From the IMG/VR virus record IMGVR_UViG_3300025889_000368, positions 1 to 36,850 of that record: a DNA stretch of 36,850 nt. One strand, given 5' to 3'. This document shows positions 7,818-15,821 of the stretch, one piece after another. Every line of letters begins with the position of its first letter. Positions within the stretch are counted from its first letter, which is position 1. The position numbers and the translations under genes are program-made. Below the pieces are notes generated by a model that was not told where the DNA came from, searched no databases, and saw nothing but the letters and a program-made list of their open reading frames with translations. The DNA is from a virus (Duplodnaviria > Caudoviricetes).

Positions 7818-8032
7818 TGAGAACGCAGCAAGCCCGTGATATTCGGGACAAGGCAATCTCCGACGCCATGGAGCTTGGGCACTCACCCAAGATGCTCACC
7901 CGTTCTGGTGCCATGGAGCTATGGGTTTGCGAGAACGGATGTAACTGCGTTATTGATGCGTGGGACAACCCCGCCATCGTTAACGGAAGCATGGCTCACG
8001 TTCAATGCAAAAACCCCCGGCCTAACACTTAG
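7814..8032 (+). CDS. Small hypothetical protein (Cys-containing)
   Basis: GTGA overlap with the upstream stop; SD GGAGA; CENGCNC...C. Confidence 0.6.
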   Translation: MMRTQQARDIRDKAISDAMELGHSPKMLTRSGAMELWVCENGCNCVIDAWDNPAIVNGSMAHVQCKNPRPNT

Positions 8033-8098
8033 CTAGACCGGGGGTCGCGGAGACGGCATGAGCAGTGCCGTACAGTCACCATCGCGATGGTTGACTGA
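8007..8098 (-). ncRNA. Candidate antisense sRNA (three hairpins, the last an intrinsic terminator)
   Basis: Minus-strand promoter TTGCCC (8133-8128), 17 bp, TAGATT (8110-8105). Stems at 8073-8097, 8053-8071 and 8013-8045, then a U5 tract (A5 at 8009-8013 on +). Confidence 0.6.
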
Positions 8099-8104
8099 TG
8101 CTAA

Positions 8105-8133
8105 AATCTAAAGTCGGAAACGGAAATGGGCAA
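8105..8133 (-). promoter_or_regulatory. Sigma70-type antisense promoter overlapping the primase-helicase start
   Basis: TTGCCC-17bp-TAGATT on the - strand. Confidence 0.55.
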
Positions 8134-9865
8134 TGATTTAATTAAGTCTCAAATAAAAAATTTGAGAGCAGGCCAGCACAAGCTTTTGTGTCCCATTTGT
8201 CAGGGCTCGCGGGGCACAAACAAGAAGGACAGGCCGCTGTCTGTTCGGGTTGCAGCAGATGGCGTCCAGTATCACTGCCACCACTGCGGGGAAAACGGTG
8301 GGTGGTACAACGAGAAACCCAAGCAGCAATACTATGAACCTGTACAGTACCGGGAGGCGGTCGTGTTAGAGGACACGAATCAAAATGAGCATGCAGTATC
8401 CTACTTGGAGAGCCGTGGGATCTCTCGCGATGTCATGGACAACTACGCAATACTTAGTGAGTGGTCGTTCTCTGGTAAAAAGAAACCCGCTGTAGGTTTT
8501 CCATACAAGGACAACCAAGGTCGTGTTGTTTCCGTAAAGTGGCGTTCAGCCAATGGCACCAAAGAGTTCAGCCAGCAGGGTGTGTGTGAGGACTTTTTCA
8601 ACGTAGAAAATTATTCTGAGGGCAACGACCTGTTGATCTGCGAGGGTGAGATGGATGCTCTGTCGTGGATGACTGCGGGTCTGCCCGACAACGTGACGGT
8701 GGTATCTATCCCGAACGGTGCGCCACCCAAGGTCAAGGACGGCAAGATTGATCCCGCTGACGACAAGAAGTTCCGATACATCTATAGATCCAAGAGCGTG
8801 CTGGATAGCGCACCCCGCATCATTATCAATACCGACAACGATGGTCCCGGTGACGCTCTAAAGACGGAGATCTTGCGGAGGATCGGTCGCTCGAAAGTCT
8901 GGATTGTCTCACTAGGAGAACACAAAGATGCGGCGGAGGCCCTCAATAATTCCGGTTCAGAATTTTTATTGGACTGCCTTGAAATGGCTGCTCCAGTTCC
9001 AGAGGTGGGGCTTCACAATGCGGAGGTGTTCGATCCACAGTATGTGGACCTGTACGAGAACGGTCAGGTAACTGGAGCAAGCACAGGTATCGCGTCACTG
9101 GATAACCTGATCCAGATACCCACTGGCATGTTGACGGTCGTTACAGGCTTCCCAAGCTCCGGTAAGTCGGACTTGATAGACCAGATCTGCCTGAACCTAG
9201 CCCGAAGCCACAACTGGAAGACTGTCTACTGCTCTTTCGAGAAACCGCCCGAACTGCACATGGCCCAGTTGGCCCAAAAATTTATTGGAAAGCCATTTTT
9301 CGACGGTCCATCGGCAAAGATGAGTCCCGAAGAGCGTGACTACGCATCCAAGTGGATTAACGAACACTTCCTGTTTATGGATTACCGGAGGGACGGGCCA
9401 TCTGAGATCTCAAAGATTCTTGAGATTGCAAGCTCTGCTGTTATGCGTATGGGTTGCAGGATCTTGGTGATTGATCCATACAACTATCTGGATGTAGGCT
9501 CTAACATGAGAGAGACAGATGCCATCAGTCAGATGCTCACTCAGGTTCAGCTATGGGCCAAGGAGCATGATGCCCATGTGTTCTTCATTGCACACCCAAC
9601 AAAGATCAGTCCCGACAGAAGATCTGAGCGCAAGGTCATAGTGACGGGGCATGACATTGCAGGGAGTGCGGCGTGGTTCGCGAAGGCCGACATTGGCTTG
9701 TCGGCATGGCGTCACCCGAGGGACGAGGAGCCGCCCGAAGCTCACGTTTGGAAGGTTCGTTGGTCTTGGCTTGGTCGCAATGGGTCATGCCCGTTGACGT
9801 TCGACAAGCCGACCGGACGTTGGAGCGACTACAAGTTTGAAGACGATTACGATTGGGATTTTTGA
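8126..9865 (+). CDS. DNA primase-helicase (T7 gp4/Twinkle-like: Zn finger + TOPRIM + SF4 helicase)
   Basis: CPIC...CHHC zinc finger; TOPRIM ICEGEMDALS and DNDGPG; Walker A TGFPSSGKS; VIDPYNYL, IAHPTK, DIAGSAAWFAKAD; acidic C-terminal tail EDDYDWDF. Confidence 0.95.
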   Translation: MGNDLIKSQIKNLRAGQHKLLCPICQGSRGTNKKDRPLSVRVAADGVQYHCHHCGENGGWYNEKPKQQYYEPVQYREAVVLEDTNQNEHAVSYLESRGISRDVMDNYAILSEWSFSGKKKPAVGFPYKDNQGRVVSVKWRSANGTKEFSQQGVCEDFFNVENYSEGNDLLICEGEMDALSWMTAGLPDNVTVVSIPNGAPPKVKDGKIDPADDKKFRYIYRSKSVLDSAPRIIINTDNDGPGDALKTEILRRIGRSKVWIVSLGEHKDAAEALNNSGSEFLLDCLEMAAPVPEVGLHNAEVFDPQYVDLYENGQVTGASTGIASLDNLIQIPTGMLTVVTGFPSSGKSDLIDQICLNLARSHNWKTVYCSFEKPPELHMAQLAQKFIGKPFFDGPSAKMSPEERDYASKWINEHFLFMDYRRDGPSEISKILEIASSAVMRMGCRILVIDPYNYLDVGSNMRETDAISQMLTQVQLWAKEHDAHVFFIAHPTKISPDRRSERKVIVTGHDIAGSAAWFAKADIGLSAWRHPRDEEPPEAHVWKVRWSWLGRNGSCPLTFDKPTGRWSDYKFEDDYDWDF

Positions 9866-10311
9866 TCCTCAATCTCGCATAGCTCCCTAAGCTTTGCGAT
9901 CACATCGTCTGACATTTCGATAGGCCCACAAACAATAATTGTTCTAGGATTATTTTTATCTAATCCATGTTCAATGTATTTTCGTTTTATCTGTCTATCG
10001 TTTGTGTAAATTATGTTTTGTAGTAAGTCTAAGACTAAAGACTCATCTAAGTCTGGTCTTCTGGTTTTGTAGTAAATCTTTATAGCTATACATAGATCAC
10101 CTTCTAAAAGATTCTCTCTAATACTTAGTTGCTTTACTAAGTTATTACTGTAAGAGAGAGCTTTTTCACTCTTGATAAAGCGAGGTGTACCATGGATTAG
10201 TACTGCTCTACGCTGATTGGCTTTAGACGCGGGCTCGCCGCTAACGGTAACGTAACACGGAGTTTCGTCAAGGCCATTGCGCCAGTTTGTTTCTTTCTTT
10301 ATCATTCTCAT
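9847..10311 (-). CDS. rusA: RusA-family Holliday junction resolvase
   Basis: GEPASKANQRR, RRPDLD...LDLLQ..IY.NDRQI...DKNNPR. Start uncertain (10311 or 10305). The only inverted gene in the + arm. Confidence 0.85.
   Translation of the reverse strand: MRMIKKETNWRNGLDETPCYVTVSGEPASKANQRRAVLIHGTPRFIKSEKALSYSNNLVKQLSIRENLLEGDLCIAIKIYYKTRRPDLDESLVLDLLQNIIYTNDRQIKRKYIEHGLDKNNPRTIIVCGPIEMSDDVIAKLRELCEIEDQKSQS
10277..10305 (+). promoter_or_regulatory. Sigma70-type promoter for the recombination/SSB operon
   Basis: TTGCGC (10277-10282), 17-bp spacer, TATCAT (10300-10305), about 40 bp before ATG 10345. Confidence 0.6.
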
Positions 10312-10344
10312 CCAAATCCGTTTCACCCAAACAGCGGAGGCCAA

Positions 10345-10605
10345 ATGTCGGATGAACCTTGGTATCATGTCCGACAACACGCAGGACCACCGCCGTCTAC
10401 GTCAGGAAGGAAAAGTAGATGGGGGCATCTCCCTCTGTCAGAGATAGAGGTGGGAGACATGATTGAACTTCCCATGAGGTCAGGGGAGTCGTCGTCCGTG
10501 ATTCCTGCACTTAGTAGTTATGTGTGGAGAGAATCAAAAAAGCTAGGAAAAAAGTTTTCTGTCAAACGAATCACAATTGGAATTGGAATCTGGAGAACAC
10601 AATGA
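10345..10605 (+). CDS. Small basic protein, P...(M/I)(E/Q)VG...G(I/V)WR phage family, copy 1
   Basis: SD GGAGG; LPLSEIEVGDMI...GIGIWRT. Confidence 0.7.
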   Translation: MSDEPWYHVRQHAGPPPSTSGRKSRWGHLPLSEIEVGDMIELPMRSGESSSVIPALSSYVWRESKKLGKKFSVKRITIGIGIWRTQ

Positions 10606-10943
10606 GCTTTGTCGAAGAGATTGATCGGTTGGTTGCTGATACCATTACACAAAACGAGGTCGTCATGCAGGAAGCAAGCGGGAGCATCCAGATTCACGAT
10701 GGCATCCCGATGCCCGCCACCGGAGTCAATGGGCGTGGGCGCAGCCCCCGGTACCCCCTGATGGAGATGCAGGTCGGCCAGTGCTTCTTTGTTAATGCCG
10801 ACCGCAGTGAAGATGGCAAGAGGGAGGAGCGGACGCTTCGCCAGACGGTGTCTAGGTACCACCGCAGAAACAAGCAAGCTAACATCCGATGGGTAGTGGC
10901 CCGTCAGGACGACAATCGCATTGGCGTATGGCGTAAGTCGTAA
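10602..10943 (+). CDS. Small protein of the same family, copy 2
   Basis: ATG 10602 (SD GGAGA, ATGA overlap); RYPLMEMQVGQCFFV...RIGVWRK. Confidence 0.75.
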   Translation: MSFVEEIDRLVADTITQNEVVMQEASGSIQIHDGIPMPATGVNGRGRSPRYPLMEMQVGQCFFVNADRSEDGKREERTLRQTVSRYHRRNKQANIRWVVARQDDNRIGVWRKS

Positions 10944-11650
10944 TGAAAATCACGAATCAGTTCGGTGCCCCACAGCAGTTCGTGACGGCGCTGACAAACG
11001 ACAGTTACTCGAAAGGTGAGGCTGACTTCAGCGCAACCGGACTGCTTCGTCCACCGCAGATTGCCCACCTAGAAAAATTGAATGAAGAAAAATTGTCTAC
11101 AGATGTATCAGACATGATCTTCGCTCTTCTGGGGACTGGCGTACACTCCTTGCTTGAGGGGTGTGCGCCGGAGGGCTCTCTCGTTGAGAAGCGTTGGTTC
11201 GCTGAGATGAATGGCTACACCATCTCTGGAGCAATCGACCTGTACAACGACGGGCATGTGATGGACTACAAGGTCACGGGCACCTACAGCACACAGGTAG
11301 GGAAGATAGAGTGGGAGCAGCAGCTAAACATCTACGCTTGGCTGCTCAGGCAAAACGATATGCCGGTCAAGTCTCTTACGATCTGCGCGATCTGTAGGGA
11401 TTGGTCACAGACAAAGGTGGGCAGGCAGCGCAACTATCCCGATTCACCCATCGTGACGATTGACATCCCGGTCTGGCTACCAGATGCAGCAGAGCGGTTT
11501 GTGGCAGAGCGGGTTGACCTACACACGGGTGACCATGTACGGGACTGTACAGACGATGAGAGGTGGGCGAGGAAGGGCGGACAGTACATCAGGTGTGAAA
11601 GTTATTGTTCGGTCGCGGATTTTTGTCCGCAATTCAAGGGGGAGATATGA
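10943..11650 (+). CDS. PD-(D/E)XK (Cas4-like) exonuclease
   Basis: FSATGL, GTGVHSLLE, ISGAID...DYKVT, QLNIY, C-terminal CESYCSVADFC. Confidence 0.88.
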   Translation: MKITNQFGAPQQFVTALTNDSYSKGEADFSATGLLRPPQIAHLEKLNEEKLSTDVSDMIFALLGTGVHSLLEGCAPEGSLVEKRWFAEMNGYTISGAIDLYNDGHVMDYKVTGTYSTQVGKIEWEQQLNIYAWLLRQNDMPVKSLTICAICRDWSQTKVGRQRNYPDSPIVTIDIPVWLPDAAERFVAERVDLHTGDHVRDCTDDERWARKGGQYIRCESYCSVADFCPQFKGEI

Positions 11651-11907
11651 CCACCTGTAAGGAGTGTAGGTTTTTCAGGCCCAGTATTGGAGATGATGGG
11701 AAACCGAACCTAAATGCCCTCGGATCAGGGCAGTGCAGGCGAAACACGCCGGTATGGAATGAGTACTGCACCGGCTGGCCCGCCGTCCACGAGACGCAAT
11801 GGTGCGGTGAGTGGAGAGCCATTCTGAAGACTACTCGGGACGTTACGGATTCAGGTGAGTTTAGAGCCATTCGTGAAGTCATGGACCTACAGGATGAAAC
11901 CAAATGA
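11647..11907 (+). CDS. Small Cys-rich phage protein (CxxC...CRR.P...WP.V....WCGEW)
   Basis: ATG 11647 (ATGA overlap, SD GGGGAG); four Cys in a conserved-looking spacing. Confidence 0.75.
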   Translation: MTTCKECRFFRPSIGDDGKPNLNALGSGQCRRNTPVWNEYCTGWPAVHETQWCGEWRAILKTTRDVTDSGEFRAIREVMDLQDETK

Positions 11908-12620
11908 GCGAGAAGCAAGCAACTGCCGCTGACATCTGGAAGACCCTATCCAAGCTCAATGTAGACGAGCATACGGAGGACCGTAACGGACTCTCGTATC
12001 TGTCGTGGGCTTGGGCATGGGGGATCATGATGGATCACTACCCGGACATGAGGGTGACATGGCACGGCGATGGTACGCACGTTGACCACATCGTCTATCC
12101 GGGAGGCACGGCATCAGTCGCCTGTACGGTGTCCATCGGGTCGGTCAGTCAGCATATGTGGCTACCCGTCATGGACTATAGGCACAAAGCGATTGCGAAC
12201 CCTGATGCCCGTGCGATCAGTGATGCGAAGATGCGGTGCATGGTGAAGTGCTTCGCCCTCTATGGCCTTGGCCATTACATCTATTCCGGTGAGGATCTTC
12301 CGCCCGGAGATGATCAGGGAAAAAATACTTCCCAAGATGTAAAACCAAAGAGCCATGCCCCAAAGAAGCTTGAGGCGAGTAGCCCAAAGAAGCAGGAAGT
12401 CACCCGTGAGAATTCTGACTTCGTGTACGGGGAAGAGCTAATCAAGTCGATCAAGGCTACAGCGAACCGTCTTAACAAGGCTGGGTGGGAGCCAGACGAC
12501 GACTTCAAGAAGCGCATCAAAGCAGCCCTGTCTCGTGGGGAGATAGACATGCTCCTCGCAGTCAAGGCAGATCTTGAGGCATTTGAGTCACCCGTAGAAC
12601 AACTTTCAACCCCTTTCTAA
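11904..12620 (+). CDS. Sak3/DUF1071-like single-strand annealing protein
   Basis: GLSYLSWAWAW, MWLPVMDYRHKAI, RCMVKCFALYGLGHYIYSGEDLP. Confidence 0.88.
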   Translation: MSEKQATAADIWKTLSKLNVDEHTEDRNGLSYLSWAWAWGIMMDHYPDMRVTWHGDGTHVDHIVYPGGTASVACTVSIGSVSQHMWLPVMDYRHKAIANPDARAISDAKMRCMVKCFALYGLGHYIYSGEDLPPGDDQGKNTSQDVKPKSHAPKKLEASSPKKQEVTRENSDFVYGEELIKSIKATANRLNKAGWEPDDDFKKRIKAALSRGEIDMLLAVKADLEAFESPVEQLSTPF

Positions 12621-12626
12621 ACCAAC

Positions 12627-12950
12627 ATGAACAACCCAGACAACAAGCCCAGACTCGACTTCGCAATGTTCAAGAACACCTACGCGAAGAGCGACAAACA
12701 CCCCAAGGAAACCGGGAAGATTGAGATCACCCGTGAGTTTCTTAAGGCAATGGTTGAGGTAGCAAAGACCGGGACGATGCCGGTGCTAAAGGCGGCGTCT
12801 TGGGAGAACGTTTCCAAGAAGGGTCTGGCTTATCGCAGTATCCGCATTGAGTTTCTGGAGCCGGAGCCGGTGGACACACGGTCTTATGGCGAAAAGGCGG
12901 GTGCGGCAGAGGCACAAGCTGTTGACGACGGGGACGACATGCCGTGGTAA
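12627..12950 (+). CDS. Probable single-stranded DNA-binding protein
   Basis: Acidic SSB-type tail DDGDDMPW; follows the annealase; F.N...K..KHP...G.I pattern. Confidence 0.7.
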   Translation: MNNPDNKPRLDFAMFKNTYAKSDKHPKETGKIEITREFLKAMVEVAKTGTMPVLKAASWENVSKKGLAYRSIRIEFLEPEPVDTRSYGEKAGAAEAQAVDDGDDMPW

Positions 12951-13156
12951 ACAAGAAGCAATTCCTTCTTAGAATCTCTGAGGAGCTTCTTAAAGAAATT
13001 CAGCGTGAGTCTGAGGAGGAAGGTTGTAACCAGAGCCAGTGGATTCGCATGGCGATCCAAGAAAAACTGGACAGAAAAAATATGTACACATGGGAAAATG
13101 CAGAGCCAAGCGTTCCCGAAGTAGCACGAAGAAAGAAAAATGCTTGGTGGTTGTGA
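12944..13156 (+). CDS. Ribbon-helix-helix (Arc/CopG-like) DNA-binding protein
   Basis: KQFLLRISEELLKEIQRESEEEGCNQSQWIRMAIQEKL fits the beta-helix-G-helix RHH pattern. Confidence 0.8.
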   Translation: MVNKKQFLLRISEELLKEIQRESEEEGCNQSQWIRMAIQEKLDRKNMYTWENAEPSVPEVARRKKNAWWL

Positions 13157-13253
13157 GTCGTTGCACCGACTTACAACGGGTGTAGTAGTGGCCCCTACTA
13201 CGGGCTGCCCTCTTCGGTTTTTGAATACTCCTCCCGAAGAGGGCAGCCAGCCC
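13150..13253 (+). ncRNA. Candidate structured RNA (three stems)
   Basis: Stems 13150-13160/13167-13177, 13182-13188/13195-13201, and a perfect 15-bp stem 13203-13217/13234-13248. Confidence 0.5.
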
Positions 13254-13274
13254 TAAAAGAAATTGGAGGAAGAT

Positions 13275-13643
13275 ATGAGCAAGGAGGAAGACATGAGCGC
13301 TGTACCGGCATGGTTGGCGGATGCACTTAATGACCCGCTGCAAACCTCAATGTTTAGTAGCGCAGAAGACTTGCGAGACCAAGCAATCGAAAAACTAGAG
13401 GTTGCATACGACAATTGGATAAGCTCTGTATTGAAAATAATTTCTTCAATACCACATCAACAAACATTCACCACTGACTACTTGTGGGAACAGGTTGATA
13501 GCGAGCCCCGTGAGCCACGCGCCATGGGTGCCGTTATGACCAAGGCAAGGAAAGATGGGTTGGTTTGTGCGACAGGAAATTACGTAAAAAGCAGAAGGGC
13601 TGAGTGCCACGCTCGCCCCGTAATGATATGGAGGCGCATGTAA
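13275..13643 (+). CDS. Hypothetical protein, possible winged helix
   Basis: ATG 13275 after GGAGGA; FTTDYLW...EPRAMGAVM...RKDGLV...H.RP...WR. Confidence 0.7.
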   Translation: MSKEEDMSAVPAWLADALNDPLQTSMFSSAEDLRDQAIEKLEVAYDNWISSVLKIISSIPHQQTFTTDYLWEQVDSEPREPRAMGAVMTKARKDGLVCATGNYVKSRRAECHARPVMIWRRM

Positions 13644-13940
13644 ATGAAAAACACGCAGAAACTATTGCCCAGTCTGGACTGCTTCAAAGGCAACGTAAGG
13701 GGTCAGTCTGGTTATGCAGCCATGGTCGGTAGCGTCCTCATGCACTTCTTGAGTGGGCACAAGCCACCCCCGAAAGACGGTTGGAATAACTGGAAGGAAC
13801 TCTTCTACATTCAAGCCAGTGTAGCGGGGCTTAGTGAATTGGAAGCCTCAGAATTCCTGAACCACATCTGCTTGGTATTAGTCGCACTGGGCGTTATAGA
13901 TGCACCAAATGGTGCTGTATCCAAAGACAATATTCACTAG
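13644..13940 (+). CDS. Hypothetical protein
   Basis: Abuts the upstream stop; SD GGAGG. Confidence 0.65.
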   Translation: MKNTQKLLPSLDCFKGNVRGQSGYAAMVGSVLMHFLSGHKPPPKDGWNNWKELFYIQASVAGLSELEASEFLNHICLVLVALGVIDAPNGAVSKDNIH

Positions 13941-13948
13941 GAGACAGC

Positions 13949-14113
13949 ATGACTGCGACAATGGCATTTTTTGTGGGCATAGCCCTTGGCTCACTGATGG
14001 GGTTGCTGTCAATGTCACTGGCCGTAATCGCCAAGTCTAGTGAAGAAGGCTACACCTTGCTTAAGATGAATAAGGCGCAAGCGGACGACTCGGACCCTAG
14101 CCACCCAGAGTAG
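13949..14113 (+). CDS. Small single-TM membrane protein (54 aa)
   Basis: Not in the ORF track. MTATMAFFVGIALGSLMGLLSMSLAVIAKSSEEG...*; SD AGGAG; last gene of the + arm. Confidence 0.65.
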   Translation: MTATMAFFVGIALGSLMGLLSMSLAVIAKSSEEGYTLLKMNKAQADDSDPSHPE

Positions 14114-14720
14114 AAACAATCACAGCCGTAGCCAATACGGCTGGCAGGGACCGTGAGAGGCGCTTGGGGAGTGAGGGATTAGCCTTCACTCTCCAAGCGT
14201 CTCTTTCGTCTCTCAGCGCGGCTGCAACGGCCTCTGACGCCTGTACCTGAGCCGCCTGTACCCCGATCACAGAATCGGACACCTCAATCCTTCGCCAAAG
14301 CAGGGCGCGGTCGGCTCTCAGTGCATCAATCTCATCTTTCAGGGCAACGACCACCGAGTCGTGCGCTTGTTGCAGAGAAATAATTTGCTCAGAAATAATT
14401 TCTTGTCCCGCTGCGCGAAGGCTATCAACAAGGTGGGTTGTGCGCTCACCGTATGAGCGCGATGCGTTATCAGCTCTAGCTCTGGCTTGTACAGCAACAG
14501 CCCTCAAGCTCTCACCTTCTTGCTTGAGGCTGTCCACCACAAAGACATACCTCGCAGAGATCTCGTCCAGCCTGTCTTTGGCCTGAGCCAATTCTAACTC
14601 AGCGTTAGATGTCCTTTTGTTCAGTGCTTCCAGCTCAAATTCCGGTTTCAAGAAAATATTTTTTATAACAAACAAAGTTATAAAAATACAGGCCAGCGCC
14701 ATAAAAATATTTTTCAACAT
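14097..14720 (-). CDS. Membrane-anchored coiled-coil protein, spanin-like
   Basis: Probable start ATG 14720 (MLKNIFMALACIFITLFVI, TM), long coiled coil, hydrophobic C-terminus; located in the lysis region. Confidence 0.6.
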   Translation of the reverse strand: MLKNIFMALACIFITLFVIKNIFLKPEFELEALNKRTSNAELELAQAKDRLDEISARYVFVVDSLKQEGESLRAVAVQARARADNASRSYGERTTHLVDSLRAAGQEIISEQIISLQQAHDSVVVALKDEIDALRADRALLWRRIEVSDSVIGVQAAQVQASEAVAAALRDERDAWRVKANPSLPKRLSRSLPAVLATAVIVSTLGG

Positions 14721-14721
14721 A

Positions 14722-14976
14722 TTATTCCACAACGAACCTGTACGCCGGGGTCCGTGAGAGTACGCCGGTAATAGTTTTTCTGTACACCGTGCTATTCTGT
14801 ACGTCACCGGACTCAAGCATGGCCCGAAGGAGTAGCCTGAGCTTTCGATCTGAAATACCGATTACCTCGACAAGCTCTCTTGTGGTGAACGAGTACGGGT
14901 CTTCGTCTGGCTTGGCCTCCCTTCGCTTCTCAATGGACTGTGAGATTTGCTCAAGGATTTCTGCCTCAGTAATCAT
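14722..14976 (-). CDS. Small HTH-like protein
   Basis: FTTRELVEVIGISDRKLRLLLR is HTH-like; overlaps the phosphoesterase stop. Confidence 0.6.
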   Translation of the reverse strand: MITEAEILEQISQSIEKRREAKPDEDPYSFTTRELVEVIGISDRKLRLLLRAMLESGDVQNSTVYRKTITGVLSRTPAYRFVVE

Positions 14977-15821
14977 TTGATTTCCATTTGGGTGGGACGT
15001 TCTGGTAAATACAGAATAGGTTCGACTGAATATCTACCACCGCTGACAGGGACACAGACAAGCCCTATGTCAGCCATGCTCTCTGCCACACGGTGAACAT
15101 ATTCGGTAGCCAACTGCCAAGCGGGCAAAGCTACCGCGCGAGTTTTTATTTTGTGGATATTTCCACTGTCAGCGAACTGGTGGAAGTGACTGCGAATGGC
15201 TAGGTCAGGTGGGGTCAGGCCGTCCATCATGTAGTTGTAGCAAATGTCCTGAGCGTACCATCGCATGTACGGACCCTTCGTGTGAGCCCTACGGCCCATG
15301 CGTCCGTGGTGTTTGACATCGAAGTCTACGCCCCCGATTGTCACCTTGCGCCAATACGAAGACATCTGCCCAGTGTCAGGATCTCCCATCACCGGCCACC
15401 CCTGAGACTTCAGAGCGCGAGCTATGCCTTCTTCAGTGTTTCCCGACTCTCCTACATGAGCGGCGGTGCCGCGAATGATGTGGATTGAGTCAGGCTTCAG
15501 GGCGAGGGGGATACGCATGGACTCAAGGAAGCATGTGATGTGTATGCCCGTGAGTCGGCTTGCGATCTGAGAGGTGCGGTGATGATCACCGTCGATGGCA
15601 TCGCCGTTAACTACGATGTGTAGTTTTGTTTTTCGGCTCCGCATTTCTTTGACACGCTTCCATGCGTCGAGCCAGTTATTCCAGAGCCAGACTTGAGATT
15701 TGTTGGGCTTGTACCAGCCACCGTCGTCTAGCTCTAGCCCCTCTTCTGGGCACAGCCCCACCGTAGATCCACAGTGGGTGTCACCAAGAAATACTACGAG
15801 GTGTTCATGGTTCTGTTTCAT
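14973..15821 (-). CDS. Calcineurin-like metallophosphoesterase
   Basis: Motifs LGDTHCG, NGDAIDG, RGTAAH, KHHG and RSHFH. Confidence 0.85.
   Translation of the reverse strand: MKQNHEHLVVFLGDTHCGSTVGLCPEEGLELDDGGWYKPNKSQVWLWNNWLDAWKRVKEMRSRKTKLHIVVNGDAIDGDHHRTSQIASRLTGIHITCFLESMRIPLALKPDSIHIIRGTAAHVGESGNTEEGIARALKSQGWPVMGDPDTGQMSSYWRKVTIGGVDFDVKHHGRMGRRAHTKGPYMRWYAQDICYNYMMDGLTPPDLAIRSHFHQFADSGNIHKIKTRAVALPAWQLATEYVHRVAESMADIGLVCVPVSGGRYSVEPILYLPERPTQMEIK

Noticed and set aside
10943-11650. Cas4-like nuclease as part of a CRISPR system
   Set aside because: It sits in a Sak3/SSB recombination cluster with no other cas genes or array.
13178-13253. Possible tRNA
   Set aside because: No D-loop or T-loop consensus and no cloverleaf geometry.
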